Shown here in pieces: positions 1 to 13,455 of a stretch of DNA of 64,000 nucleotides (positions within the stretch are counted from its first letter, which is position 1; each line of letters begins with the position of its first letter). Below the pieces are notes generated by a model. It made no database searches. It was not told where the DNA came from and saw only the letters and a program-made list of their open reading frames with translations. A program made the position numbers and the translations under genes. Origin of the DNA: Eledone cirrhosa (lineage: Eukaryota); assembly GCA_964016885.1 (NCBI GenBank), contig OZ024755.1:32612001-32676000 (forward strand), written 5' to 3'.

Positions 1-36
1 GAAGGAGGTCAAGTATGTTAAAAATCACTGAATAAT

Positions 37-83
37 TGCTCCGAAGACTCCAAACCTCGGTTTGGAAGAAACAATTGTAAGCA
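37..83 (+). ncRNA. Minimal type-I hammerhead ribozyme motif with variant core (CCGAAGA)
   Basis: TGCT-CCGAAGA-C-TCCAAACC(TC)GGTTTGGA-A-GAAA-CAATTG-TA-AGCA. Helix I TGCT/AGCA, 8-bp helix II, palindromic helix III, UA cleavage site. Core has C in place of U4. Confidence 0.6.
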
Positions 84-117
84 GATAAATGATTTAAACA
101 GGACTTTGTTTCATGTA

Positions 118-160
<43 letters not shown>

Positions 161-449
161 AAAGACGTAAAATAAGAAAATTAAAAAAAATTTTTAAAAA
201 ATTAACTTTCTTAAAACCTGTGTATTTGCTAGCATTAGCGTACATCTGTACACATATGTTAGTAGATATACTAAATTCTCTCTCTCTATATATATATATA
301 TATACATATGTAGTGTATATATTGTGTGTGTGTGTGTGTGTATATATGCTGGCAACATTAAATTATTCCTAACAAGCTCATATACCATCCCAAGGCTCTG
401 ATACCATCAACACTATAGACACAGAGCTGGCATATCTAAGAACTGACTA

Positions 450-505
450 ACTGCCTGATGAGGTCATAGCCATTCAATGGCTATCATCGAAATATATATA
501 GCAAT
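450..505 (+). ncRNA. Minimal type-I hammerhead ribozyme motif (same family as 44891)
   Basis: ACTGC-CTGATGA-GGTC-ATAGCCATT(C)AATGGCTAT-CATC-GAAA-TATATA-TA-GCAAT. Helix I has one mismatch relative to the 44891 copy. Confidence 0.7.
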
Positions 506-565
506 AAATAAAGGATTATGAGTTAATGCAATTGACTTATGTTTCGTCACTATATATATATATAT

Positions 566-952
566 ATAGTAAAACCTACTACAGTCAGTAGGCATCTCTA
601 ACAAAATACACTCCCGTCGCACCACCCCCACCCCATCCACACCTCCCCCTTCTATGTAAAGTTATGTTGGTGCCACACCATCCAGGCCGAAACAAATGAG
701 ATCGTGTAGGTGTCACAACAAAAAAACACACAGTCCACGCTGTAATGTGGCCGTGTAGGCAACACGGTAAAAACCTCCCAGACCCACACTGTAAATGTGG
801 TTGGTGTTAGGAAGGGCATCCAACTGTAGAAAACCTGCCAGACAGTCCTATGCGAGCAAGACAATCACTCTTGCCTCAAGTGGGACTACCCCCGTCCAAA
901 CCCATGCAAGCGTGGAACACGGACGTTAAACGTTGATGATGATGATGATGAT
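566..952 (+). mobile_element. RTE-LINE 3' UTR remnant ending in (GAT)n
   Basis: Nearly identical to 45345-45726, which directly follows an RTE ORF C-terminus. Contains GGTGTTAGGAAGGGCATCC and a GGACGTTAAACG(TGA)n tail. Confidence 0.7.
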
Positions 953-1377
953 GGTTTGCCTGTCTCGATTTAAAGTAATAAATCAATAAAAATAAACTTA
1001 TATCGGGCAACTGCCTTTGATACCCGGACAATTGTCCAAGACTGTTTTGAGTTTCTAACTCAATCTATGAAATATATATATATATATGTATAGAGATATT
1101 GGATATATATATATATATATATATATGAAAAATATGGGGAGAAGAATACTGCATGGTTGCACATGGAATACATGTTATAAAATGAGTCCCTCATCAGTGA
1201 TTTGCCAACGATCATTGGTATTTCATCGCATTATATATATATACATATATATCGATATATTGCATATAGATATAGATATATATAGATATAGGTAAATAGA
1301 TATATGTATATAAATATATATACATAGATACATTGTATATAGATATATGTCTATAGATATTATTTATTTAATATCTG

Positions 1378-1455
<78 letters not shown>

Positions 1456-1563
1456 AATAGAGAGAGAGAGATATTATATATAGATATTATTTAGGTAATA
1501 TCTGATATATATATATATATTATATAAAGAGAGAGAGAGAGATATTATATATAGATATTATTT

Positions 1564-1669
1564 CTTTCATCCTTACAGGGTCGATAAAATAAAGTACCAG
1601 TAATACACTGGGTAATTGCTGGCCTTGTGCCTAAAGTAGAAACAATTATTTAGGTAATATCTGATACAC

Positions 1670-1700
<31 letters not shown>

Positions 1701-2608
1701 TTGTATATAGATATTATTTAGCTAATATCTGACATATATATAGTAAGTTTTTGACATTTTCTAAGGTCATGAATAATTAAAATAAACTATAACATTCATT
1801 ATAAGATACCTTATTGCTCCCTCACCTTTTAAAATCAACCACTCCTTCTGTCTGAGTTTATTTAGGATTAAAGAAAGACTTGTGTAATGTTTGCAGATAT
1901 AGAATTGATAGAAGGGGGATTAAATGAAGCAACAACAGTACACAACGTAGCGTTCTTCTGATAAGAATGTTCCACTTGAAGAAATATGAAAGAAATGGAA
2001 CCAATAGTTGGGTAAGTTTGTTATGAGTTAGTCAAGCCAGAATGAATTGCTAATGCCAAGAGCAACAAATTTGCTTTTACCGAGATTGTGAAGAGTGAGA
2101 GATTAATTGTTTCTACTTTTTGGCACAAGGCCAGCAATTACCCAGTGCATTACTGGTACTTTATTTTATCGACCCCGTAAGGTTGAAAGGCAAAGTTAAC
2201 CTCGACGGGAAGAGTGAAGAGTGAGAGATTAATGAGAGCTAAAGCCACATAGAACTGCTGCATCTGTAGAAGCTGAACTGGTGATCACTGCTGATATAGT
2301 GCAGAGGTTCTCATTAGGGCCAGCCTCCCCTCTCCCCCACAGCCACGTAATATCTTCAGCGCACCCACCTCTATTTCCAGAAAGACCTGCCTACACACAA
2401 ATTGTAAATAATATATAATAAATAAAATCGTTAATTTATATAATCCCGCCGAGGTTAACTTTGCCTTTCATCCTTACGGGGTCGATAAAATAAAGTACCA
2501 GTAATGCACTGGGTAATTGCTGGCCTTGTGCCTAAAGTAGAAACAGTTAATTTATATATAATTGTTTCTACTTTTGGCACAAGGCCAGCAATTACCCAGT
2601 GTATTACT
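1564..2608. mobile_element. Cluster of partial tRNA-derived Meta-domain-like SINEs (SINE-A): 1564-1648 +, 2105-2210 -, 2442-2545 +, 2560-2608 -
   Basis: Recurrent core GCCTTTCATCCTTACGGGGTCGATAAAATAAAGTACCAG and tail GCTGGCCTTGTGCCTAAAGTAGAAACAATT. Confidence 0.85.
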
Positions 2609-2692
2609 GCTCCTTCCCTCCCTCCTTTCACTTACTTTCACTACTTAATTTTTTTCTCTTTTTTTCTTTTTTTTAAATGCAAACATTATATA

Positions 2693-3593
2693 ACCCCATG
2701 GGCCTGTGGTCAGAATGTCTCAGGAATGAATCGGTGGTCAGATTTTATGGGCAAAACCAACGGGCAGGAGACCACCCAGGGGTAGACCCTGAGCAAGATG
2801 GTTGGATAACATCCATGAGCTTGGCTGGTCTCACTTGGGGATCCAGCTGGATCAGTTGGAGACGGTTGCTTCTGACAGGACCCACTGGTTTGAGGACCAA
2901 TGTTTGAGGACTCTGCCCTCACGACCCCCTCAGGAATAAGTAGGAGGAGGAAGAGAAGAAGAAAAAGGCAAAGAAGAAGAAGAAGTTTCATGTAAGCAAT
3001 GTACATCACTGATGAGTGCAATGTGTTTGCTCTCTAGTAAAGAAGAACAAAAGATACAAGAATCATCTTGGAGTGTTTGAGAAGGACTCTGCCCCCACAA
3101 CTGTCTCAGGAATAAGTGGGTGAAGAAGAAGGCGGAGAAGAAGAAGAAGAAGGCAAAGAAGAAGGCGGAGAAGAAGAAGAAGAAGAAGGCGAAGAAGAAG
3201 AAGAAGAAGAAGAAGGCGGAGAAGAAGAAGAAGAAGATGGCAAAGAAGAAGGCGGAGAAGAAGAAGAAGAAGAAGGCGAAGAAGAAGAAGAAGAAGAAGA
3301 AGAAGAAGAAGAAGAAGAAGAAGAAGAAGAAGAAAAAGAAGAAAAAGAAGGCGAAGAAGAAGGCAAAGAATAAGAATAATAAGAAGATGGCAAAGAAGAA
3401 GGCGGAGAAGAAGAAGGCGAAGAAGAAGGCGAAGAAGAAGGCGAAGAGGGCGAAGAAGAAGGCGAAGAAGAAGAAGAAGAAGAAGGCGAAGAGGAAGGCG
3501 AAGAGGAAGAAGAAGAAGGCGAAGAAGAAGGTGAAGAAGAAGGCGAAGAGGAAGAAGAAGGTGAAGAAGAAGAAGAAGGTGAAGAAGAAGAAG
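2693..3593 (+). mobile_element. RTE (Expander/Rex3-like) LINE 3' end, repeated 3' terminus and long (GAA)n tail
   Basis: Translates as VVRMSQE*IGGQILWAKPTGRRPPRGRP*ARWLDNI (RTE C-terminal GRP..RW motif). About 470 bp of GAA/GGC repeat at 3122-3593. Homologous to 58251-59088. Confidence 0.75.
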
Positions 3594-3894
3594 ACCAATA
3601 TATAATTCAATTGAAGTTTGTTGAATATTTTGTTGTATAATTTTTGGTTGTTCACAGATGAGAAATATTTACATTATGTTTGAAACATAGCTTGGATGAT
3701 GTATGTAAGATATTTCTTACGTTACTTAGTTGAGAAAGTTGAGATGTGAAAACTGAGAAGTTTGCAGTGACAAAGCAATGAGAAATGAGATTACTGCAAG
3801 AACTAACACAGATATATCGCAAATATGGATAAGAAAAATTGAATATTTGATTGTTGACAGTAAGATGAAAGGAAAATAAATAAAACGGCAACAA

Positions 3895-4216
3895 ATATAT
3901 TTTCTTTCCCTTTCACACATACACATATACATGCAAGCAGTTAAAACACACTCATATATTCTCTCTGACACACAGACAGACACACACATATTTTCTTCTT
4001 CTCTCATACACATACATGCAAGCAGTTAAAACACACACATATTCTTTCTCTCACACACAAACAGACACACATACATTTTCTCTCCCTTTTACACATACAC
4101 ACATACATGCAAGCAGCTAAAACACATATATATTCTCTCTTTCTCACACACACATACATTTTCTCTCCCTTTTACACATACACACACACATCTAAGCAGT
4201 TAAAATACACATATAT

Positions 4217-4249
<33 letters not shown>

Positions 4250-4408
4250 AACAGACACACATACATTTTCTCTCCCTTTTACACATACACACATACATGC
4301 AAGCAGCTAAAACACACATATATTCTCTCTCTTTCTCACACACACATACATTTTCTCTCCCTTTTACACATACACACATACATCTAAGCAGTTAAAATAC
4401 ACATATAT

Positions 4409-4439
<31 letters not shown>

Positions 4440-4509
4440 AATAGACACACATACATTTTCTCTCCCTTTTACACACACACACATACATGCAAGCAGCTAA
4501 AACACACAT

Positions 4510-4558
<49 letters not shown>

Positions 4559-4743
4559 TTTTCTTTCTCTCTCATATGCATACATGCAAGTAGTTAAAAC
4601 ACACATATATATCCCCCCCCCCACTCTCTTATACACACACTCACAAACAGACACACACATACATATACATGCAAGCAGTTGAAATACATGCACATATATT
4701 TTCTCTCTCTCTCTCTCACACATACACACACACACACACACAC
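3895..4743. repeat. Compound (CT)/(CA) minisatellite with CATGCAAGCAGTTAAAACAC anchor
   Basis: The anchor recurs about every 85-95 bp, separated by variable CT and CA runs. Confidence 0.85.
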
Positions 4744-4835
4744 AATTAGTTAATACTAAAAACTGAGAACGCGAAGAGCAGAAGATCAGATGAGAGTTGG
4801 TTAAAATATATGGAAGAAATCAGATGTTTATTTAA

Positions 4836-5043
4836 CTCTTTAATATTTATATTACTCTATATTTATTATTGTATTTTCATGGTAAAGGCTTTATCTCACA
4901 TAATATCAAAGCTATGAGATTTTTATGTTATTTATTTTGAGAACAATACCTTAACATAAGTATGAGCAGACGGTTATGACTAGTTTGAACAGAAAGAGGT
5001 TAGAGAATTCTGGCCAGATATGGCCAGTTTAAATGCTAAAAGA
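4836..5043 (+). mobile_element. Degenerate piggyBac-like TTAA MITE
   Basis: TTAA at 4832-4835 and 5044-5047. Body homologous to 61301-61497. Confidence 0.65.
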
Positions 5044-5069
5044 TTAAATTTGTTCCAGTAAAAAAGGCC

Positions 5070-5718
5070 AACATACACAAAACAAAATCTCCAGAAACTG
5101 AAACGTTCTTATGACATGAAAAACAAAGATTGCAAACTTAATAAACAACTTAAGGATTCAAAAAGGAAAAGAAACAGCAAGAAATCTTGCTTAAACAGAG
5201 CAAGGTTGAAACTGAGAATGGACTGAAACATTCTCATGAGATCTAAAAGACAGGTAGAGAAGCCAGGGCTTTAGAAAATATAAAAACAAACTCTAAATCC
5301 TTTGTTAAAATTGTAAAGGAATCTGCTTCATTATATCATAAGATACAGCCATTCTTCCAAGAAGATGAATCACTGACTGCAAACTCCGAAAAGATAAAGG
5401 AAATACACACGCACACATGTACATCATGACTCATGCATTGTTCATTTTCCTGACATTTGTATATTATTCTATGTACTATACATGCACTTTTGATGAGTTG
5501 CAGTGCACCTGAGCACTGTACACAATAATTTCATTATAATTAGTAGTACCAGTAATACACTGGGGTAATTGCTGGCCTTGTGCCAAAAGTAGAAACAATT
5601 ATTATTATTATTATTATTATTATTAGGTTAACTTTGCCTTTCATCCTTACGGGGTCGATAAAATAAAGTACCAGTAATGCACTGGGTATTTGCTGGCCTT
5701 GTTCCTAAAGTAGAAACA

Positions 5719-5752
<34 letters not shown>

Positions 5753-6598
5753 TACTGGTGGATTGGCAGTATCGGTAGAGGGTCAGATGCCATGCTTTGC
5801 AGCAAAGAGTTACGGCCCTTTATGGTCTGAGTTCAAATCCCGCTGAGGTTAACTTTGCCTTTCATCCTTACGAGAGGTCGATAAAATAAAGTACCAGTAA
5901 TACACTGGGATAATTGCTGGCGTTGTGCCAAAAGTAGAAACAATTATTATCATATTTGTTTCTAATTTAGGCACAAGGCCAGCAATTACCCAGTGCATTA
6001 CTGGTACTTTATTTTATCGACCCCATAAGGATGAAAGGCAAAGTAAACCTCGGCGGGATTTGAACTCAGACTGAAAGGGACGTAACTATGCTGGAAAGCA
6101 TGGCGTCCGACTCTCTACCGATACTGCCAATCCCCCGCCCTCTATTATTACTGAATGAACAGAATACAAAGGAGTTTTCACATCTCCGATGGGGCACATA
6201 CAAATGAATAAGCCAAATAAGTTCTTTGACATCACAGCTGTACACACAGAAATGGCAACCATCAAGTACAGGAGTCGGATGTAATATCAGCCATAGATGA
6301 AATGAACTCAAATACAGCAACTAACCCTAATGGGCTCCCAAAACCCCCCCTAAAGATCTGCAAGTGAACAATAGCAAACCTACTAGAAGTTGTCTTTCAA
6401 GCTCTCCTTGTAAGTGGTAAACTCAGCAGGAATTTAAAGAAAAGCATAATATACCATTAAGGAAGAAACAGAGCAGATGCTAAAAATTACAGACCTATCT
6501 CTGACTTTACATATTAATAAAATCATGGAATGAATTATCAGAAGGAAACTGATCACATTGCAAATAGAAAATGACCTACTAACATCCAGCAAAGAAAA
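5070..6598 (+). pseudogene. Decayed CR1-clade LINE ORF2, interrupted by an insertion cluster (about 5406-6146)
   Basis: 5' piece ...ALENIKTNSKSFVKIVK...IQPFFQEDESLTANSEKIKEI resumes at 6147 as LLNEQ(Y)KGVFTSP...DVISAIDEMNSNTATNPNGLP...RADAKNYRPIS...INKIME*IIRRKLI. Many stops and frameshifts. Confidence 0.75.
5545..6140. mobile_element. SINE-A cluster: two partial +, one full + (5756-5945), one full - (5957-6140)
   Basis: A-box-like TGGCAGTATCGG, B-box GTTCAAATCCC, Meta-like core, (ATT)n tails. Confidence 0.85.
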
Positions 6599-6599
6599 A

Positions 6600-8973
6600 T
6601 GTGTATATATATATGTGCGTGTATGTTTATATATATATATGTGCATGTATGTTTATATATATATGTGTGTGTATGTTTATATATATATGTGCGTGTATGT
6701 TTATATATATATGTGCGTGTATGTTTATATATATATGTGTGTGTATGTTTATATATATATATATGTATATGTGCGTGTATGTTTATCTATATATGTGTGT
6801 GTATGTTTATATATATGTGTGTGTGTATGTTTATATATATGTGTGTGTGTATGTTTATATATATATGTGCTTGTATGTTTATATATATATATGTGCGTGT
6901 ATGTTTATATATATATATGTGTGTATGTTTATATATATGTGCGTGTATGTTTATATATATATATATGTGCGTGTATGTTTATATATATATGTGCGTGTAT
7001 GTTTATATATATATGTGCGTGTATGTTTATATATATATGTGCGTGTATGTTTATATATATATGTGCGTGTATGTTTATATATATATATATGTGTGTATCT
7101 TTATATATATATATGTGCGTGTATGTTTATATATATGTGTGTGTGTATGTTTATATACATGTGTGTGTGTATGTTTATATATATATGTGTGTGTATGTTT
7201 ATATATATATGTGCGTGTATGTTTATATATATATGTGCGTGTATGTTTATATATATATGTGTGTGTATGTTTATATATATATGTGCATGTATGTTTATAT
7301 ATATATGTGTGTGTATGTTTATATATATATATATATGTATATGTGCGTGTATGTTTATATATATATATATATATATGTGCGTGTACATTTATATATATAT
7401 ATATGTGTGTATGTTTATATATATATATGCGTGTATGTTTATATATATATATGTGTGTGTATGTTTATATAAATATGTGCATGTATGTTTATATATATAT
7501 GTGCGTGTATGTTTATATATATGTGCGTGTATGTTTATATATATATGTGCGTGTATGTTTATATATATATATATGTGTGCGTGTATGTTTATATATATAT
7601 ATGTGCGTGTATGTTTATATATATATGTGCGTGTATGTTTATATATATATGTGCGTGTATGTTTATATATATATGTGCGTGTATGTTTATATATATATGT
7701 GTGTGTGTATGTTTATATATATATGTGTGTGTATGTTTATATATATATGTGCGTGTATGTTTATATATATATGTGTGTGTATGTTTATATATATATGTGC
7801 GTGTATGTTTATATATATATGTGCGTGTATGTTTATATATATATATGTGTGTATGTTTATATATGTGTGTGTGTATGTTTATATATATGTGTGTGTGTAT
7901 GTTTATATATATATATGCGTGTATGTTTATATATATATATGTGCGTGTATGTATATATATATGTGCGTGTATGTTCATATATATATGTGCGTGTGTCTAT
8001 GTTTATATATATATGTGCGTGTATGTTTATATATATATATGTGTGTATGTTTATATATATATGTGCGTGTATGTTTATATATATATATATGTGCGTGTAT
8101 GTTTATATATATATGTGCGTGTATGTTTATATATATATGTGTGTGTGTATGTTTATATATATATGTGTGTGTATGTTTATATATATATGTGCGTGTATGT
8201 TTATATATATATGTGTGTGTATGTTTATATATATATGTGCGTGTATGTTTATATATATATGTGCGTGTATGTTTATATATATATATGTGTGTATGTTTAT
8301 ATATATATGTGTGTGTATGTTTATATATGTGTGTGTGTATGTTTATATATATGTGTGTGTGTATGTTTATATATATATATGCGTGTATGTTTATATATAT
8401 ATATATGTGCATGTATGTTCATATATATATGTGCGTGTGTGTATGTTTATATATATATGTGTGTGTATGTTTATATATATGTGTGTGTATGTTTATATAT
8501 ATATATATATATGTGCGTGTATGTTTATATATATGTGTGCGTGTATGTTTATATAAATGTGTGCGTGTATGTTTATATATATATGTGTGTGTATGTTTAT
8601 ATATATATGTGTGTGTATGTTTATATATATATATATATATGTGCGTGTATGTTTATATATATATGTGCGTGTATGTTTATATATATGTGTGCGTGTATGT
8701 TTATATATATATATGTGTGTGTATGTTTATATATATATGTGTGTGTATGTTTATATATATATATATATGTGCGTGTATGTTTATATATATATGTGTGTGT
8801 ATGTTTATATATATATGTGTGTGTATGTTTATATATATATGTGTGTGTATGTTTATATATATATGTGTGTGTATGTTTATATATATATATATATATGTGC
8901 GTGTATGTTTATATATATATGTGCGTGTATGTTTATATATATATATGTGCGTGTATGTTTATATATATATGTG

Positions 8974-9012
<39 letters not shown>
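6600..9012. repeat. Compound microsatellite array of about 2.4 kb, unit GTATGTTT(AT)nGTGCGT (about 22-26 bp)
   Basis: Seen directly. It accounts for the 300-800 aa ORFs here. Confidence 0.95.
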
Positions 9013-9016
<4 letters not shown>

Positions 9017-9053
9017 ATAAAGAGGGTGTGGTAAGATGCCAGTAAAGTGGGTA

Positions 9054-9163
9054 ATATGAAAAGAGTCAGGACCCCAACGGCTGAGCTCTGGCTGTTTTGA
9101 CAGCTAGATCTAGCTGTCTAAATGGCCGGAGCTCAGCCGTCGGGGTCCTGACTCTTTTCATAT
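9054..9163. repeat. Imperfect palindrome (about 55-bp arms) in a PLE-LTR-like remnant
   Basis: ATATGAAAAGAGTCAGGACCCC...AGCTAGA|TCTAGCT...GGGGTCCTGACTCTTTTCATAT, about 5 mismatches. Related to 23164 and 31934. Confidence 0.8.
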
Positions 9164-9168
9164 ATATA

Positions 9169-9216
<48 letters not shown>

Positions 9217-9515
9217 TATATATATATATATGTAAAAGGTAAACAGAAATAACGCAAACGGTATAGCATATGGAAGGAATATATTAGTTTAACACTTGAA
9301 ATAGCAGACCCTGCCTGTTATTACACATGTGCTTGTACGTTCACCCCTAGATTCCTATGGCTCTCTTATGGTCAGAAATATATATATATATACATATGGA
9401 GACAGTCCTATGCGAGCAAGACAACCACTCTTGCCTCAAGTGGGAAAACCCCCGTCCAAACCCATGCAAGCGTGGAACACAGACGCTAAACCTTGATGAT
9501 GATGATGATGATGAT

Positions 9516-9848
9516 GGAGGCACATGGCTTAGTGGTTAGAGTATTGGCCTTGCAATCGAAAGGTTGTGAGTTCAATTCTCAGACCGGGTGATGTGTTGTT
9601 TCCTTGAGCAAGACACTTTATTTCACATTGCTCCAGTTTATTCAGCTGTAGAAATGAGATGATAGGGACTGAGGTCCCTATCATTCCACTGCAAAGTGGT
9701 CGTGGAGGTGCCACGGCAAAAAAGCACCCAGCACTCACTGTAAATGAGGTTGGTGTTAAGAAGGGCATCCAGCTGTAGAAATCAAGCCAGCATCAGTTCC
9801 CGTCCCACCCTTGCAAGCAGGGAAAAGCGGACGTATGATGATGATGAT
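9516..9848 (+). mobile_element. Full-length tRNA-derived CORE-like SINE (SINE-B) with RTE-type tail
   Basis: TGGCTTAGTGG A box, GAGTTCAATTC B box, CORE-like TTCCTTGAGCAAGACACTTTA...CAGCTGTAGAAATG, internal hairpin ATGATAGGGAC/GTCCCTATCAT, (GAT)n tail. Confidence 0.85.
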
Positions 9849-10000
9849 GAATGATGACACATAGGTATATAGCTTCATTATCATCACAATCATATATTTA
9901 TTTCACCAAGCTTGCATATATGTATGTGTGTTTATGTATATATGTGTATATATACTGGTTTTCTGAAACTTATCAGGCAATTATTTAATATGAAACATAT

Positions 10001-10510
10001 GTGATGCGTATGAAGGATGACAGCTGCATAAAAAGGTGCAGAGCACTAGAAGTTGATGGAAACCACGAAGTGGGGAGACCCAAGATGACCTGGGATGAGG
10101 TGATAAAAGCCGACCTTACCCAATTACACCTCTCAAAGGCGATGACACACGACCGTGATCTCTGGCGTCACGCAGTAATACAGAGTACCCGACCTCCCAT
10201 GGGTACAAGCTGAAGCATATAGACAATATGCCCCCACCGCAAGGTGGTCGTGGAGGTGCCACGGCAAAAAAGCACCCAGCCCACACTGCAAAGTGGACAT
10301 GTAGGCGCCACGGAAAAAAAGCACCCAGCACTCACTGTAAATGAGGTTGGTGTTAGGAAGGGCATCCAGCTGTAGAAATCAAGCCAAATCAGTTCCTGTA
10401 TGAGCAAGGCATGGTCAGCCGACCAGACACTGCCCACAACAGGACAACCCGTCTAACCCATGCTAGCGTGGAAGAACGGACGTAAAACGGTGATGATGAT
10501 GATGATGATG
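10001..10510 (+). mobile_element. RTE LINE 3' end: ORF C-terminus, 3' UTR and (GAT)n
   Basis: VMRMKDDSCIKRCRALEVDG..VGRPKMTWDEVIKADL...DRDLWRHAV is a typical RTE C-terminus. The UTR shares about 130 bp with SINE-B. Confidence 0.8.
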
Positions 10511-10754
10511 TGCACCCAGCACAGTGTCTAAATGTGGTTGGCATTAGGAAGGGCCTCTAGCCGTAGAAACCTAGCCAGAAACAGTTCTGTGTGAGCAAGA
10601 CAGGGTCACCTGACATTACCTGACTTGTCTCTAATGGGACAACCTGTCTAACCCATGCTAGCGTGGAAAAATGAACGTTATATGAAGGAAGGAAAGGAAA
10701 GATGTAGGCAGAAATGAAGTGTGAAATATACAGTTTATAACCATCAACATTTGC

Positions 10755-11350
10755 ACATACACACACACAAACATATACACACACATATACACACATACAC
10801 AAATATACACTTACACACATATACATATATATACATATACATACATATATACACAAACATATACACACACATATACACACTAACACACATACATACATAT
10901 ACATACATATATACACAGACACACACACACACAAACATATACACACACATATACACACATACACACATATACAAATATACACTTACACACATATACATAT
11001 ACATACATATACATACATATATACACAGACACATACACACACATATATACACACACATATATATATATACACACACATACATATATTTATAAACACATAT
11101 ACACACATATACACACACATATAAACACATATATACACACATATACACACTAACACACACATACATACATATACATACATATATACACAGACACACACAC
11201 ACATATACACACACACATATATATATACACACACACATACATATATTTATAAACACATATACACACACATATAAACACATATATACACATATATACACAC
11301 ACATAAACACTAACACACACATACATACATATACATACATATATACACAG

Positions 11351-11381
<31 letters not shown>

Positions 11382-12363
11382 TATATATATACACACACAT
11401 ACATATATTTATAAACACATATACACACACATATAAACACATATATACACACATATACACACACATATAAACACTAACACACACATACATATACATACAT
11501 ATATACACAGACACACACACACACATATACACACACATATAAACACATATATACACACATATATACATATACATACATACATACAGACACACACACACAC
11601 ATATATACACACATACAAACATATATTTATAAACACATATATACACACATATACACACACACATGTGCTGACACACACAGACATATACTGGAACATAACA
11701 GAAAAATACACACAACTTTGATAACCAATATGTACAATGCCAAATTATTTTGGCTGCAGCACTATCACTATTACAGCATGGGCTGGGTGCACTTTACTGT
11801 GGAACCAGTGCCAGAGGGAGGGTGTGAGAGCTGGTGGGATGGTTGTGATGTGGCCAGAGAGGGGCATCACTCAGAGATGGAAGAAAAATGAGAGCAGGTG
11901 ACAGGTCATAGAGGTGACCTTAGGGGAGTGAAAGCGCATGAGAGTGAGAGCAGGTTCTTGTTTGTGGAGGTGGCCTAAGGGAGAAATTACCGTGGCAGAG
12001 AGAGAGAGAGCAGGTGTTACTTTGTGTGGCCTAACAGAGAAATCATGGAGAGGGGCGGGGCAATCACTCATGGAGAGAGAGAGAGAGAGAAAGAGAGAGA
12101 AAGAGAGAGAAAGAGAGAGAAAGAGAGAAAGAGAGGTAGAGAGAGAGAGAGAAAGAGATGTGAGAGAGAGAGAAAGAGAGGTGAGAGAGAGAGAAAGAGA
12201 GGTGAGAGAGAAAGAGAGGTGAGAGAGAAAGAGAGGTGAGAGAGAAAGAGAGGTGAGAGAGAGAGAGAAAGAGAGGTGAGAGAGAGAGAAAGAGAGGTGA
12301 GAGAGAGAGAAAGAGAGGTGAGAGAGAAAGAGAGGTGAGAGAGAGAGAGAGAGAAAGAGAGGT

Positions 12364-12417
<54 letters not shown>

Positions 12418-12566
12418 AAGAGAGGTGAGAGAGAGAGAGAGAGAAAGAGAAGAGAGAAAGAGAAGAGAGAGAGAGAAAGAGAAGAGAGAGAGAGAGAGAG
12501 GTGAGAGAGAGAGAGAAAGAGAGGTGAGAGGTGAGAGAGAGAAAGAGAGGTGAGAGAGAGAGAGAG
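10755..12566. repeat. (CA/TA)n compound array at 10755-11690 and (GA)n/GAGGT array at 12073-12566
   Basis: Seen directly. Confidence 0.9.
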
Positions 12567-12849
12567 CAGGTGCCATTTCATGAAGACAGCTTTCAAGCGA
12601 CATAATGACTGGCAGTAGAGGTATTGTGGGGTGGGGGGGGGGGGGGGGGGTAGGTTGATAAGATTGACAGGTACAGACAGGTCTCAGATACTCCTCTTTG
12701 TGTGGGCAGCATCATATTTAGGTAGGGGGGGGATGTGCAGCTCTCATCCTTCATATGCATTACATGGCCATCCCAATGCAGTTTTTCTCTCTTGTACCCT
12801 TCATCCAATCTTTTTCTGCTCAGTTCTTCTTCACCCTGTGTATATATAT

Positions 12850-13190
12850 ATCATCATCATCATCATTTTACGTCCACTTTTTCCCTGCTTGCAAGGGTGG
12901 GACAGGAACTGATTCTGGCTTGATATCTACAGCTGGATGCCCTTCCTAACACCAACCTCATTTACAGTGAGTGCTGGGTGCTTTTTTGCCATGGCACCTC
13001 CACGACCACTTTACAGTGGAATGATAGGGACCCCAGTCCCTATCATCTCATTTCTACAGCTGAGTAAACTGGAGCAATGTGAAATAAAGTGTCTTGCTCA
13101 AGGAAACAACACATCACCTGGTCTGAGAATTGAACTCACAACCTTTCGATTGCAAGCCCAATGCTCTAACCACTAAGCCATGTGCCTCCA
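12850..13190 (-). mobile_element. SINE-B, full length. Other copies: 17030-17350 -, 27840-28168 +, 28430-28655 - partial, 32010-32168 + partial, 37700-38026 -, 46520-46838 -, 55680-55795 - partial
   Basis: Near-identical sequence, which explains the recurring '[17 protein letters not shown]...' ORFs. Confidence 0.85.
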
Positions 13191-13390
13191 TCATATATAT
13201 ATATATATTATGGTCCACCTGGTTCCTTACCACATTTCCTTCGTTATATATATATATATATATATATGTATGTAGAAGTTATATTTAATTTGTTGGGATA
13301 CAACAAGCAAATATTTTTATAACTGATATAAAGCACTCAACAAATTTTTAAGGGTATGTCAATATTTGTTTATAAAACTGATTTATATTA

Positions 13391-13455
13391 TATTTTATCT
13401 GATGAAAGCGCACCATAATTTGCTTTGGTGTCTTTGAAATATGTATAATGAAATA
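13391..13455 (+). ncRNA. Minimal type-I hammerhead ribozyme motif (same family as 22786)
   Basis: TTTTAT-CTGATGA-AAG.CGCACCA...TGGTG.TCTTT-GAAA-TATGTA-TA-ATGAAA. Confidence 0.65.

Noticed and set aside
1150-1200. Minus-strand CTGATGA sites at about 1191, 16856 and 45777
   Set aside because: Probably truncated PLE-LTR ribozymes, but the GAAA/UH half is missing, so they were not counted.
1897-2012. Candidate exons with AG/GT borders (1897-2012, 21501-21545, 24350-24388 minus)
   Set aside because: In-frame stops or too short, no recognisable protein, and they cannot be chained into a gene model by eye.
3004-3045. CTGATGA followed by a GAGTGCAA/TTGCTCTC stem (also 58570 and 59113)
   Set aside because: No GAAA after the stem and no helix I partner, so it is not a hammerhead.
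3116-3605. Lys/Ala-rich 'histone H1/protamine-like' ORF (also 58678-59115)
   Set aside because: It is the (GAA)n tail of an RTE LINE, open in several frames and with no real start context.
6558-9045. Long ORFs of 300-811 aa (and similar ones at 23.5, 26.4, 30, 48.7 and 59.3 kb)
   Set aside because: They are translations of TA/TG/CA microsatellites, open in most frames only because the repeats lack stop codons.
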